Positions 39,806 to 52,606 of a stretch of DNA of 64,000 nucleotides are shown here, in pieces. Within the stretch, counting starts at the first letter, position 1. Every line of letters starts with the position of its first letter. The stretch is from Antedon mediterranea (Eukaryota; Animalia; Echinodermata), in NCBI RefSeq assembly GCF_964355755.1, contig NC_092672.1, positions 26,232,437-26,296,436 on the forward strand, given 5' to 3'. The position numbers and the translations under genes were made by a program. The notes under the pieces are model-generated. The model was not told the origin of the DNA. It did no database searches and saw only the letters and a list, made by a program, of their open reading frames with translations.

Positions 39806-40217
39806 AGCTTAAGGCAACATCATACACAAATACCCATCATATTGTATGTGCTACCAAATTGTTTTTCTTTAATGTTTTACATTCAGGGACATTCATAGCA
39901 AGAAAGAGGAGATGCTATTTTTGTTTACATTATTGGAATATATTTCAATCAAAACCTGCATGATATCAGTACTAACGAAAATGAGTGTCATTCCTAACAA
40001 TCTCTTCTCGATAACAAAAAAGAAAAAAACAGAAGAAGTAGGTCTAATTTCTGAAAAAGATTAGCAAGAGAAAAAAAAATAGGTCAATATTTCATCTCTG
40101 TTGACCGTTACTCCCATCTATACAAACAGTTTACAATCTAATTATATTAGGCCTAGAGTTACTAGATCTAAGTTATTAACTAGGTCATTTCTCAACATTT
40201 TATGTTTAACTGCCTCA

Positions 40218-40955
40218 GTTTTTAGTCACGTGGAAGCGACTCTATATATGTCAGTCGGTCGGTCGGTCTGTCGGTCTGTCGGTCTGTCGGTATGTCTGTC
40301 GGTCCGGTATCACTATGCGTTTTATCGCTTTCTGACCTTTTCTTGATATCAGTTTAATCTAGCTAAGTCAATTGTTCACAGTATATTCCTTATGGCCAGG
40401 AATCGATGTGGTTATGTTTTCACGGTGCGCAATAAAAAATTACGCGGTCAACGCACGATTTAACGAAATCACGTTTGTAATCATATCTTCACAACCATGA
40501 ATCACAATTAAATAAAATTTGGTACTCATAAATTTCAGGGCATAAATCATCATATGGCAATACAATTACGTGCGTAGCGCATGTAACGCATGCGTACGCG
40601 CGCTTAAAATTTTCAAAATTTATTTTCGATGAAATAAGAGTACGTTTCAGGCAATTTTAAGCGTTTACAAAATTGCCATGAGTGCGCAGATTTTTGCGCG
40701 CGCACTGCACGGTAAATGTTATTGCGCACTCTTTTTGCCCGATTTCTGTTTTCTTGACTTACTTTTCAACTCGAAATTACGTTATACGAGCACGTCAAAA
40801 GTGAAAGGCTACGCACGTGTAAATTAAAAAAATATAACTGTTTTTAAACATTTCAACATCTTTAAACATGTTCAGTAATTTTGGTCAGTAGGTAGGTTGG
40901 TCGGTCGGTCGGTGAACACTAAGCACGCGACTGCAGCCATTTATATGGCCTTGTT
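40218..40955 (+). mobile_element. DINE-1/HINE-like element, long form
   Basis: TTTTTAGTCACGTGGAAGCGACTCTAT...(GTCG/GTCT)n...core...GCACGCGACTGCAGCCATTTATATGGCCTTGTTTT; an inverted near-copy of 33649-34478. Confidence 0.78.
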
Positions 40956-41855
40956 TTAATTTGTTTCGAAACTACGTCTAATAAAGAACACATAATTTTC
41001 ATTTGAGTTAGCAAAAAACCCCCAGATAATTCTCATGCCAGTTTCTAGTAATGTAAATGAAGTGTTGTTCGAAAAAAAACACAAATTCCTATTTACTTTT
41101 TCGTAGGTAAGCAGTGTAGAAAACATGAATTATGTATTAGTTATATTCCGCTACCTTATTGAATATGAATTAAGTGTGACGTAATTATCCAGGGTAGCGA
41201 TAGTTCACGTGCTTCCAATATCAAGTTGTTTACATTGTGTCAAGTACAGTATTCAAAAACATATACTACACAATAGAATAATGTTATCAAAGAAATTGAT
41301 ATAGCATGTAGGCCTACTGTGACAGTGCAACGTTCAATCATCTAATTTTCATATTTCTTATCTCTCAGCGTAGAAACCATATACAATGTAAGTTCTGAAA
41401 ATCTCTCCCACATTACTGGTGGTTTTTGTTTTTAAGAGTGTCACTATTACCGTATTTAGTAGCCTTATAGTATTACTGTTGTTATCAGCCGAGATGTTCT
41501 TAGTTTATGAATAAAATAATTAAGTCATGCAATTTGATTACCAATACAAAAGTAGGCCTAAATTATTGACCGGGTTTTAGCTTCCAAATTCTAACTCTCT
41601 TTCTAACCAATCTTAGGCTATGCTTAGTTGTGTAGCCTACAATGGTAGTGTAATACAAAGGGCTCTATGTTCCTTATTTACGCTATATCTCGCCGTTTAT
41701 CTATTGATAGCTCTGCTTTTTAATAGGCCTAACTTGTATTCAGTACTTATTTTTTGTAATAATCTAAGCCAACTAACGTGCATTGTTGCTATTAATATAC
41801 TTAATTTAACTGGTTTTTTTTTAACTTGTACAAATTGGAATTCTATTTTTAGTTG

Positions 41856-41967
41856 ATGATGTCATGCCTTCGAAACTTGTTCTTGTTTTGCACCCTCATC
41901 GTTTACAGTCTTTGTGAGATTAGAGTAGACTTGAATGGAGAATGGAAATTAGAAGACGCTAATGAAA
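41856..41967 (+). CDS. MANBA: MANBA first coding exon (signal peptide)
   Basis: [32 protein letters not shown]; an acceptor just upstream of the ATG implies a 5'UTR exon. Confidence 0.85.
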
Positions 41968-44900
41968 GTAGGTATAACTAAACACTAAATGTCCAAAACA
42001 CAGTCGTTGTGACATCGTAATTTGGCATGCGTCTGTACTAGCTGGCTATTTTAACAATAATGTTGCTTAAGTCGAGATTTAGGACGTGCTTATGTGAAAA
42101 CTAAGACTTTATAAAGATCTGGCAAGCCTAATTGGCTAATTGAAGGTGATGTGACTGGAAAATAAATAATTGTCAGACCTAAACTCTACACATAAATTAT
42201 AATGTCTGCAATTATACTGATATATATACGTAGACTGTTTTCTTTCTAAAAGTGAAATCTACATTGGAAACCATGACTCAATCTTCAGATGATGTATACT
42301 GATAATGAATGTCTGCATAATATAACATTACTAAACTGCAGATATCATGATAAGTTTACCTGTTATGCAAAATAGGTTAACATTTAATATTCACATGCCA
42401 AGATTTATTGTAGACCGTATCTACAGTATTCGTCATTTTCATCAACAGAGCTGTCGGCAAAAATGTATGTCTCATAGAGACTTTTAGCTTTGCGATTTCT
42501 CGTGTTATGAACATTTATTTGGTTTTCGTTTAGTGTAAACAACCCATACTTCCCTCCCACTATGAATACATTAGTTACGCACTAGCAATTCTATTTCAAT
42601 GAATTGATTGCTGGGACATAAATTTGCACTACGACCCGAGATGGAGCCACAAACAAGGGGAAACTGACTCTTTGCGTTCTAGTAATAGTTTTGCTTTAGT
42701 TTCGCCTGACCATTGTGCTTTGTTTCTGATCTGTTCTGTATCTGTTTATTGGTCGAATGAATAAATGAAATGAAAATGAAATTGCCATAGATAAAATAAA
42801 TAATTCTCTATGTTCTGTTATATCATTCATCATGGACAATTGAATGGGAATGATTTGTATTAATCTAAGATAAAAGGTACATTTTAATATGTATTTTGCC
42901 GCCGATACAAATCTATATTATTCTATATTATATGTCGTTAAAATTGAACACGTTTTTTTCTTTTAATTTTTAAATGTGTTTATTGTTTTAATATTATACT
43001 TGTAAATAGTAATTTATGTGTAGTAAATACACTTACTATTGATTATTTTGACAGCAATATCAACAAGCGTTGTGGTACCTGGTAGTGTCCATACAGCATT
43101 GATATCAAATGGAATAATCGGTGACCCTTATTTTAGGTTCAATGACCTTGAGTATAGATGGATTGTATACACAAATTGGACGTTTAGTCGTATTTTTAGT
43201 AGTAAGTATTACATTAAATACAATACTGCAAAGTATATATAATGTGAGATTCAGGATCTTGGTATGCGGGGATCTGCTTGTAGGCTTATAGTAGGCCTAA
43301 GGATTGAACTGGTTTTTAGAAGCTTTCAATGCCTTTGCCTGCATTACTCCGTCCTTCAGATTGGTAGATTAGTCGTTGGTCATGCCTACGTAAATGAATA
43401 TCACACACAGTAGGCCTGTCATTTGATTCTCCATTGGTATCTATAAAAACAAACCTTACGTGCTATGTAGTTAGAGTAGGCAATATTGATTCTTTAAATG
43501 AGGGTTACGACGATGTTTCTCGCTCTGATCTGGCGACAGTAAGTAAGGTTTGTTCAGACTCTGGTCCCAAGGCCTTTAATTTGTACACAAAAATATGTAA
43601 ATCAAAATTAATTTTCTCAGAGGATGGGAAGACCTTCAACTTCTATTTCCTTTTAAGTTAAAATTCAATTTTCCTATCCATTGCATCTATTTCTTATAGA
43701 CTGTCCCCGTTGGCTTGATTACTTAAAAATAAAAACCATATTTATGTTATTATGCATTTATATTAATAGGCTATATATATAATATAGTTAATGAGTTAGT
43801 ATCTGTTTTTCAAAAATAAAGACAAGCAGCTAAATGCTACAGAATATCCAGTTTAATTTTAATGTAATATACTTTATATTTGATTCCATACGAATTTGGC
43901 CGAGATATTTGGGAGGAACAAAGTAGCCTTGACTTGATATTATAATGTCAGTATTTCTAACATTCCATACTTCAATTGAATTCAAATCACAGAGACCCAG
44001 ATCAACTTCTTTTTTTGGGTGATGCACATACAAAGATACAACCTAATAAAGTGTTAACATCTTTAAATGTTATCTACAGAAAGGTTACTAGAGTGTATGT
44101 TAAACACACTTGTTCCCACGATCTTTCCTCCTTCCATCTTTAAACGGGCTTCTTTATTTTTTTTTTGCAGTACCGAGTAATATTACGTCAGTGTCGACTG
44201 TACAGTTAGTATGCGATGGTTTGGATACAGTTTCGACAGTGTTTATCAATGGCCACCGTGTTGGCAATTCTGTTAACATGTTTCTTAGATACATTTACAA
44301 CATTGGGAAATTTGTTAATGTAAGTACTGACACCTAGAATTGTATCCAAAAGATTTTCAATAGTCAGTTAGATACTATCTAGTGACAGTTATAGATTTGG
44401 ATAAAGTACAGTAAACATACCTACTGTTATATTGTGCAATCAACAGTGATTTAAATGTTTTACACCGACACATTCGATCTCCACCACTAATTGAATTAGT
44501 TTTATTCGGTTATACGAACTAGGTAAAATCTAGTGCAGGCCATGTAAAATTTCTTTTATTCTCTTAGTTGGGAAATATTATTTATTCATAAAGATTCATA
44601 CTATTTAGATTTTAGAAAGAAACAGAGAATGTTCCTGTTTCAATTCATATAGCTAGCTGTTGTGCAGTTTTTAAAGGGCACTTATCACGACGCCTCCAAT
44701 TCCCCTTCCCCTTCAAATAAACAATAATACTTCCCTGCTACTTTGTTTCTATTGAAGCATTTACGATATGATTATTCTCAACCTAGCCTGGAGAAAACAC
44801 AATACGAATTGAGTTCGAATCACCAGTTTCATACGCAGCGAAACAAGCAGCCGCACACAGCCAGTATAATGTACCACCAGCCTGCAATCCCCCTGAATAC

Positions 44901-47900
44901 CAGGGATTCTGTCATCCGAACTACATTCGAAAGGAACAATGTTCGTTTAGTTGGGATTGGGGTCCAGCATTTGCACCAGTGGGAATTTGGTAAGTGTTTG
45001 TTTGTTTGCTCGTTTGTAATATTTATTGGTATCAATAATGTCCACACTACAATACATTATGATTTGAAATTAACAAAATCATACAGAAACTAAATAATTA
45101 TAACAATTATAACTATTATGGTATAGCAGAGGATAACCCTTTAAACTGAGAAGCTTGCTTTAGAAGGGGTCCTCGACAATTATAAAATAAACATAAAAAC
45201 TTTTGATTAACAACATTAAAATAAATAATGTTTGTTAAAGCACTGTGTATGCCTACTTAGCACTTTCACTATGAAATAGGCCTAATCTTTGTTTTTTCTA
45301 TTAATATGACCAAAAAAAATGCATTTTAAACAATACATTAATTTGGCATATAATGTAGACTAAACACTTGTTACCAATGATGCAGTTAATTGCTTAATAT
45401 TGCTTAGCCTTTTCCCTGAAGCAATACAATAGTTCCAAGGGTACCATACGTTAATTATTTCATTTTCGCTTTTTAAAATTCATAATGAAATATATAATTT
45501 GTAAACGTTTGTTTTTGTACCATATTGAACAACTATGCATATGTTACCGGTAGATATTATAATACTATTATTATATTAACTAATTAATTCGTTTTTCCGT
45601 AATAATTATTTTCAAAACGTGGATATATTGTGTTAATGATAATTATGGTACATTACTCAATTATTTATTATTTTAATGTTTTACCAGATAACATATTTAC
45701 ACCTGTTCAAATTTTAAAAATCGTAAAAAAAAAGTATTGTTTTTATTTTAACAGGAGAAACATCAGTGTTGAATTGTTCCAGGCTGCTGCGATACGGGAT
45801 GTAACGGCAATTCCTATTCTCTCAAGTACGTCTCAGGACTACCCTTGTTTACAACATGTCCTGAAGCTTGCATAGTAAATGTGGCTTAGGAGACTAAACT
45901 GTTATTTTAATTAAGTGTTTTGTAAACTTCGCCTCGTTAATTAATAGACAAATTAACTCTTAATATCGTTCTTGTGGCATTATTGTGACATTCATCGGCA
46001 AACTGCAAAATATTCAAATTCTGTTTTGTTTTTCTTTCAAATAGATTCAAAGGATATTAATTGGTCTCTAAACGTAACAACTTATTTGGAAACAGGATCT
46101 GTATCAAAAGCAGAGGGGGAAATTGTTATAAGTTTACCACAGCTTGGTGTAGTGAACACAACGTCTGTAACACTAAAATCAGGATCAATTTCGACACACA
46201 ATGCTCATTTTGACGTTCCTATGGTAAATATGATTATTCAGGTTCTTCATCAAGATATTTGAACAAAAACAATTATGAACAGAATTCTGTGTATCTACTC
46301 TATGAGTGTTTCAAGTAGCTAATATTCATTGGGCATTCGCAATAAACATTAAAGTTTCGTTAAGTTATCTATTAAGAATCTTAATTAGAAATGTTTATAA
46401 TACCAGTATCCGTTGTTAGTCCACTCGTGTAGTAACATTTGAATTGTTTCAGATCCTATAACTGCACAGGTCATACTGTACTAAAGACCACACTCTAAAG
46501 AAAACCAACTACACTATGTTACTAAACAGAGATTTTATTATTACATGATATTCTGTCTACCATTAATATTACATCTTTTTATTACTCTTTTACTGTTTTT
46601 GATTTGATGTTGAAAGTTTGTTATGTTTAGTTAAGTCTCGTCTGTAAAGTTTGTATGAGCAAAAAAAATCACAATCAATAAACGTTCTTTTTAGGCAGAA
46701 ACTTGGTGGCCAATTGGTTATGGCAGGCAACCACTGTATGTGGTGTCAGTGATGTTCTCCAGCGCTTCTGGTGAAGTTTCTGTAAAGAATGTGACGATTG
46801 GTTTCCGAACAGTGCAACTTATTCAAGATGCTCTACCAGGAAAAGGTACTGTTGATATTTTTTAATTTCATCTATACATTATTGTGTTTTTTAAATTAAT
46901 TTTCTAACGTAAATGTGATATATTTTTCTTAGGAAACACGTTCTACTTTAAAATCAATTACCAATACATATTCCTAAAGGGTGCAAATTGGATTCCAGTG
47001 GATGCTTTTCAGGAGAGAGTGACAAAAGATCGTCTAAAGAATCTCTTCCAATCGGCAATAGATGCTAATATGAATACTCTTCGGGTTTGGGGAGGGGGAA
47101 TATATGAAAAGGATGAATTTTACAAACTTGCGGATGAGAGTGGTATATTGATCTGGCAGGATATTATGTTTGCTTGTGCAATGTATCCTACCGGTGAAGA
47201 TTTCTTGTTGACAGTTGACAGTGAAGTTGAATATCAGGTTTGTTACAACAATAGTGTTTTTTTCTAAACAGGTTTCCTCCTTACAGGTGTTGACCATTGA
47301 AGTGTAAGGTAGCATGTTCTACGTTTAACTTAATAAGGAAGAATGCTACGATTCGAGACTACATCTATATATAAATTTACGTAAGGGCAAAATTCGGTAA
47401 ATCGCGCTTTACTTCTAGAATTTTTACTCGATGGTATATACAGTTGGTTCGTACTTTCGGTACTGATTTTAACCACCTGGTGTAACCCTGTTTACTAATT
47501 AAATTAAGTTAGATAATTAGTTATTGACGATTAAAACGAATTTAGGTTCAACGATTTGCCCCAAATAGGGGTGTTTTCCAATCGTGGTATACACTGTCTA
47601 ATGAATGTCCATGGAAACATTCTTTCTGTTTTATTCTTGACACTGGTCTTATTCCGACGTGTCAACCTTTTTTTTATAAACGCATAAAGTAATAACTAAG
47701 TATTTTTACTATTGTTAATTAACAGGTTAGGAGGTTAAGCAAGCATCCGTCTGTGATAGCTTGGGGAGCTAACAATGAAAATGAGGGCGCATTAAGAGAA
47801 AATTGGTACGTGTTCAACAAAATGCTAAGACAACGTTTGCCAATATCAACTTCAGTAGAGGGATTATTGTTTACACAACATAACATTCAGATATGATAAA

Positions 47901-49734
47901 TTGGAATAAACAATTAGTATTCCTTTCATAAATGTATGTTCTACCATTATGGTTTGATGAATTACTGTAGGGTCTATAACTATTATTTCCACTAAAATTG
48001 TGGATAAACTTGAGTATATTTATATACAATTATTATATAGATAAAAAAGTACCCACCTAAGTTAGCCAAGTAACTTGTTTTATAAAATAATCATTTTGGC
48101 AGGTATGGGACAAGTTCTAACTTCAGTCTTTACAAAGCAGACTATATTAAATTGTATATATCAACTATACGACAACGTTATTTAGAACAGCACACCAACG
48201 TACCAATTGTAAGCTCAAGTCCATCAAATGGAGTCGAGACGGAGAAAGAGGGATGGGTGGCTAACAACCCAAAAGACCCATTATATGGGGATGGTAAGTT
48301 TTTATAACATTTTTATTTTAACTGTGATACTTGAATATAAATAATACTAATAATCAACCCCTAAAAAGGTACCTGGGCCTACTTAGGACCAATAGGCATG
48401 CAAGCTCACAACATTATATTGTAATGTCGACATTATGTTAATTAACAGAAACTTATATACCCAACAGATGCACCAGGACCCAGACACACCTTATTTACAC
48501 TTCCCCTGAGACGCACAGCGCTCACCTTACAGCCCTTCAGGGACATTCATCACGCTGATATACCGCATCATAATCCTCTGTTCCTGTCTACATTGATACC
48601 GTATTATCGCATTGTATTGTATTGTATTATAAGAAGCACGAGTTGAATAAAGTACGGTACTTATACAAATCGAGTAGAGTCTCTCATTAGATAATTACAG
48701 TAAATTAGCGATAACAATAGTTTTATAAAAATTCACATTCTCCAGTATCGTGCAAAAATTGGTTATTAATTATATGCACTTGAGTAAGCTACAGTAATTT
48801 GCCACACTGTATAAATGTTACTATACATTACTTTCAGTACATTACTACAACTACGTTGATGATTGTTGGAATGTAAGCATTTACGACACACCCCGATTTG
48901 CCAGTGAATATGGCTACCAATCTTTACCGTCATTCTCAGCAATCAAAAGCGTTTCGAATCCAGAAGATTGGAGCTACAACAGTACATTCAGTCTTCATCG
49001 GCAACATCATCCCAAAGGTAAATCCCAAACCAACGCAAGTGTTTTATTTAGATTTATGATTACGTCATGATGTTCAGGTCTGGTTTTATTTGTTTTATTT
49101 GCCAATGATTACAAATAAATGCATTATTCACAGTCCTATCAGATAGGTGGTAATTCCCTGACACAGAATCTTTTCGTGAACCAGTTCACCGGGGTAACCC
49201 CAACTCGTCTCAAATGATGATTTTAGTTCTTTAAAATGCACACACTTTGAAAACACTGGACCTACGGTTTATATTTCTTATCCGAGAACTCTTGTTTCAC
49301 CACCAGAACTAGGAGACGAGTCGGCCTGGAACCCACCATGTATACATGCCGACATGTTTATACTAAGGATGTATTGTTCCCCATAAACGTAAACAATTTT
49401 CAAAGTGGATATATATTATGTGATATTAAAATGACACATGGGAACAATACATTTACGTTGTCATTTCCTTAATATACAGTTTTATTTTATAACGTTGTTG
49501 TTGCAGAAAAAAGTGTGATCGTATCACAGATCTTTGTTTTTGTCGTCAAAGTGACGCCAAATAACAGTAAATTAATAATTATTTTACTTATGTTTATATT
49601 TTACTCATATTTATAATTCTACGGTATCTGTTTAAGGAAATTCTCAAATGCTTTCGATGATAAAGAAACATTTCACAATTCCAGAAACTAACGATTCCGT
49701 AGCAGATTATAAGAATATGATATATTTAACACAG
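41856..49734 (+). CDS. MANBA: Lysosomal beta-mannosidase (glycoside hydrolase family 2), first 12 coding exons (~622 codons); 3' part not in the window
   Basis: Phase-consistent exons: 41856-41967, 43055-43201, 44171-44319, 44787-44989, 45755-45825, 46045-46223, 46695-46845, 46933-47237, 47726-47805, 48103-48293, 48838-49017, 49637-49734. Signal peptide, [58 protein letters not shown], acid/base NNENE and nucleophile RFASEYG are present. Confidence 0.95.
43055..43201 (+). CDS. MANBA: MANBA exon
   Basis: [30 protein letters not shown]. Confidence 0.92.
44171..44319 (+). CDS. MANBA: MANBA exon
   Basis: [16 protein letters not shown]...NMF. Confidence 0.92.
44787..44989 (+). CDS. MANBA: MANBA exon
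   Basis: [26 protein letters not shown]. Confidence 0.95.
45755..45825 (+). CDS. MANBA: MANBA exon
   Basis: [20 protein letters not shown]; phases 2/1 fit the neighbouring exons. Confidence 0.8.
46045..46223 (+). CDS. MANBA: MANBA exon
   Basis: [10 protein letters not shown]...FDVPM; phases fit. Confidence 0.8.
46695..46845 (+). CDS. MANBA: MANBA exon
   Basis: [15 protein letters not shown]...[10 protein letters not shown]. Confidence 0.93.
46933..47237 (+). CDS. MANBA: MANBA exon
   Basis: FYFKIN...[11 protein letters not shown]...[10 protein letters not shown]...[12 protein letters not shown]. Confidence 0.95.
47726..47805 (+). CDS. MANBA: MANBA exon (acid/base Glu)
   Basis: [20 protein letters not shown]. 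Confidence 0.95.
48103..48293 (+). CDS. MANBA: MANBA exon
   Basis: DYIKLY...SSPSNG...YGD. Confidence 0.93.
48838..49017 (+). CDS. MANBA: MANBA exon (nucleophile Glu)
   Basis: HYYNY..DCW...[14 protein letters not shown]...HRQHHP. Confidence 0.95.
49185..49335 (-). mobile_element. SINE-like repeat (same family as 7555-7778)
   Basis: Reverse complement GTTCTGGTGGTGAAACAAG...TAAACCGTAGGTCCAGTG...TAAAGAAC...GAGACGAGTTGGGGTTACCCCGGTG aligns with 7570-7697. Confidence 0.65.
49637..49734 (+). CDS. MANBA: MANBA exon (last one found in the window)
   Basis: GNSQML...MIYLTQ then gtacgt donor; no stop codon. Confidence 0.9.
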
Positions 49735-50875
49735 GTACGTACATTGAATTTCCATTGTTGTCACAGACGTTGTACGGTTGTACAGGTAGTTTACACTTAC
49801 TGTTTATATTAGGGAGTTTGTGCAAAAATACAGTCTGGTTAAAAAGCCTAAGATACATGAATATGCATGAGGCGCTCAGGCGATGACGTAAGAAGTGTCT
49901 TAATTATAATTTCACGAAAACAGTGTTTTTTTTCCGATTCAGTAAATGGTAATGTAGTCTGTCTAATACATGAAACAAAATGATTATGTTTAATTAAACA
50001 TGTTTAGACTCTTTCAACATTTCGCTTTTGCTTAGATTTGGTTTCCGTCATAAAGAGCGATTTTCATTTAACTTTTTCCGACAGAAGCCAAAATAAATCA
50101 AAAAAAGCGTTTATTCTAGGGAACTAAAATAGGACAACAATTAGTAAACGATTGTATTGTTCTTTATTGATCACGACGTCATTTGATTAGATTATATAAA
50201 CAAAATAAAGACAGCTAAAATGGTTATCCTATAATTAGGATGAAAACTTTTCTAAATTTAAGAAAATGTATGTTTATCTTTTTATCTTCGTTTTTATCGT
50301 CCGTAGTATAAACAGACCACAATAGTTATAACACACACAATAAAAACATTCAATTTAATATGCAGATTAATTAACATATCAATAATTTTATTTTAAATCT
50401 GAATATGTAATTGAAAATCAAACTACTTAACATATTTACATTACTCAATATAAACACTAACAACAATCTAACAGTAAATCAGTAGAATTTAATAAGATTA
50501 TTTGGAAATGCTATCTGTTTCCAGGTCTTGATATGTTACAGTAATTAAGTAGTGGACAAAAGTATGGTATCTGCATGACTGCTCATTTCTCAGCTTGCGT
50601 CTTGGAAGCGACCCATGTCTTCAATGCAATTTAAAAAATAAACACAGTCTTTTTGCCACCCGTTAAAAGTAACTATTGACATAAAAGAAATATTTAAAAC
50701 AAACACCAAGTAAAAGAATGTTTGGCTGAGTCATGATGGCTATTATGGTTTAAACCAATCTACTAACGGAAAATAAATTTGCTATACATTCGTAAATCAT
50801 ATTTGTAGTTTTCGTAAATGATATTCTAATACATTAGACTTTATGATTTTGTTTTAGAATAAAGCATTTTTCACT

Positions 50876-52606
50876 TTAGTAATTAAATATTTTAACATTA
50901 TTTGTTCCAAAATTTGCCACAGCTAATCTCCTTGGGTTATAGCTGATTACAGTTATTCCACCTGGAGTATCAATGTTGTCATTTACGTCATCGATTCGTT
51001 TTATAAAGATGCCAGTCTTATCAAACAATTGTAGTTTATGGTCACTGACAACTATCAGATTTTCATACTTGTCCATTACGATACATTTAGGGTTCCAGAC
51101 TTTACCATCTTCCTTACCCCCGCTTACAATTGTTTTCATAAATTCACCATCGGAATTAAACATTTGAATTTTATGAGTCTTCCAATCAGGAACTAATAAA
51201 TGATCTTCTCTGGTTATAATTACATCATGTGGAGCATCCAGTGTATCCATTGAACCTATCTTTCTAATTAACCTCTCATCATCAATATCAAATTGATAAA
51301 CATAGTGCTTTTCTCTGTCTGCAACATACAGATTTCTTGTTCTAATATTGACTGCCAAGCCAACTGGGTATTCTAGTATTCCCTGACCAACTGTACTGAT
51401 TACTTCAAACGTATTAGTACAAATTGCAACATTCTCGTTTTGCCCATCGCTAAAAGCAAAATGACTATTTCCCACTTTATGTATCTTATAGACATTGACA
51501 TCTGGAATTTGTATGTTAGCAATAAATGAACCTGATTTGTTAAATTTTAACAACTCATTACAATGGCTTGATACTAACATACAGCCATCGTTATCTAATT
51601 TCACATCTGTTACTTTGCATCCGTTGTCTTTTTTAAGTGATTGTATGTCTTCAATGGTACGTACGAGAGTTGGTACAACTGTGATATTCACTGGTGATCC
51701 TTTGACGCTAGAAACACCATTTGTAATTTCCATCTTCCATTCACCCTCCTCATTGCATCTTCCTTTTATTTTATAATTTCCACTTCCCATAAATTCTACC
51801 TCATCAACGCCAATATTGTCACGTGATGGAGTTATCAAAGTACCAGACAGTGTGCATGTATCGTCACATTCATTCACATTTTCTACCTTCACCGAAAATT
51901 GTTGCCCCTCTGTAACAGTAATGTTTTTATCATCTTCGATAATGCTGTACCTGTTGTCGACACTTTTGATTTTCCCGAGGCCTTTAGAAATGTCAGCATT
52001 CAGCTCTGTATTTATTGAGAAGTTTGGTGTAAGATTGTTAACATATGAAGAAAACTTGTCTTTCATTTGATTGATATTTTGTTTAGCATCTTCAACATCT
52101 GATTTGTATTTAGCAAGTATGATTTTACTTTCTGGTTTGTCCGTCATTTCTGTAACTGAGGTCTTCATACTTTGTAACTGCATTCGATGTGATTCGAGTT
52201 CATTTACTTGACTTTTATTGAATTCCTCTCTTTGTGTACATACAGTTTTAAGGTCCATCCTTAGTTTATCGCCTTCCTCTTTAACTTGTTTAACAACACA
52301 TTCAACATGCCTTACAATCAGCCTGTTTATGTAGTCTGCATGTGACTTGAATTCTCTGTCATCGCTAATTATGGAATTAAAAATAGTTTCTAACTCTTGG
52401 TTGACATCTTTAATTGACTTGATAACTTCGGTTACGTTTATGTAAAATTCATCTACTGAATAAGGTTTGGTATCATGCTTCTCTGTATAACACGTCATAA
52501 AATGATCACAGTCCTTACATGCACTTTTGGTACACGTTGTACAATACCGTTCTAGTATGTTATCAGGATGATCTTGACATCTTAATTGTACCTCTTGACT
52601 CGACAT
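50876..52606 (-). CDS. RING-less TRIM2/3-like protein (B-box2, coiled coil, filamin/Ig-like, NHL beta-propeller), copy A, ~576 aa
   Basis: B-box CQDH...CTTC...CKDC...H, heptad region, filamin-like SVKGSPVNITV, NHL repeats (YPVGLAV..LYVAD, PHDVII, NNVKIF). The ATG is directly preceded by acceptor tttacag; the CDS is uninterrupted. Confidence 0.9.
   Translation of the reverse strand: MSSQEVQLRCQDHPDNILERYCTTCTKSACKDCDHFMTCYTEKHDTKPYSVDEFYINVTEVIKSIKDVNQELETIFNSIISDDREFKSHADYINRLIVRHVECVVKQVKEEGDKLRMDLKTVCTQREEFNKSQVNELESHRMQLQSMKTSVTEMTDKPESKIILAKYKSDVEDAKQNINQMKDKFSSYVNNLTPNFSINTELNADISKGLGKIKSVDNRYSIIEDDKNITVTEGQQFSVKVENVNECDDTCTLSGTLITPSRDNIGVDEVEFMGSGNYKIKGRCNEEGEWKMEITNGVSSVKGSPVNITVVPTLVRTIEDIQSLKKDNGCKVTDVKLDNDGCMLVSSHCNELLKFNKSGSFIANIQIPDVNVYKIHKVGNSHFAFSDGQNENVAICTNTFEVISTVGQGILEYPVGLAVNIRTRNLYVADREKHYVYQFDIDDERLIRKIGSMDTLDAPHDVIITREDHLLVPDWKTHKIQMFNSDGEFMKTIVSGGKEDGKVWNPKCIVMDKYENLIVVSDHKLQLFDKTGIFIKRIDDVNDNIDTPGGITVISYNPRRLAVANFGTNNVKIFNY

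Noticed and set aside
33570-40346. ORFs with TDRQTDRQ / SVGRSVCR repeats
   Set aside because: They are translations of tetranucleotide microsatellites inside the DINE-1/HINE-like elements.
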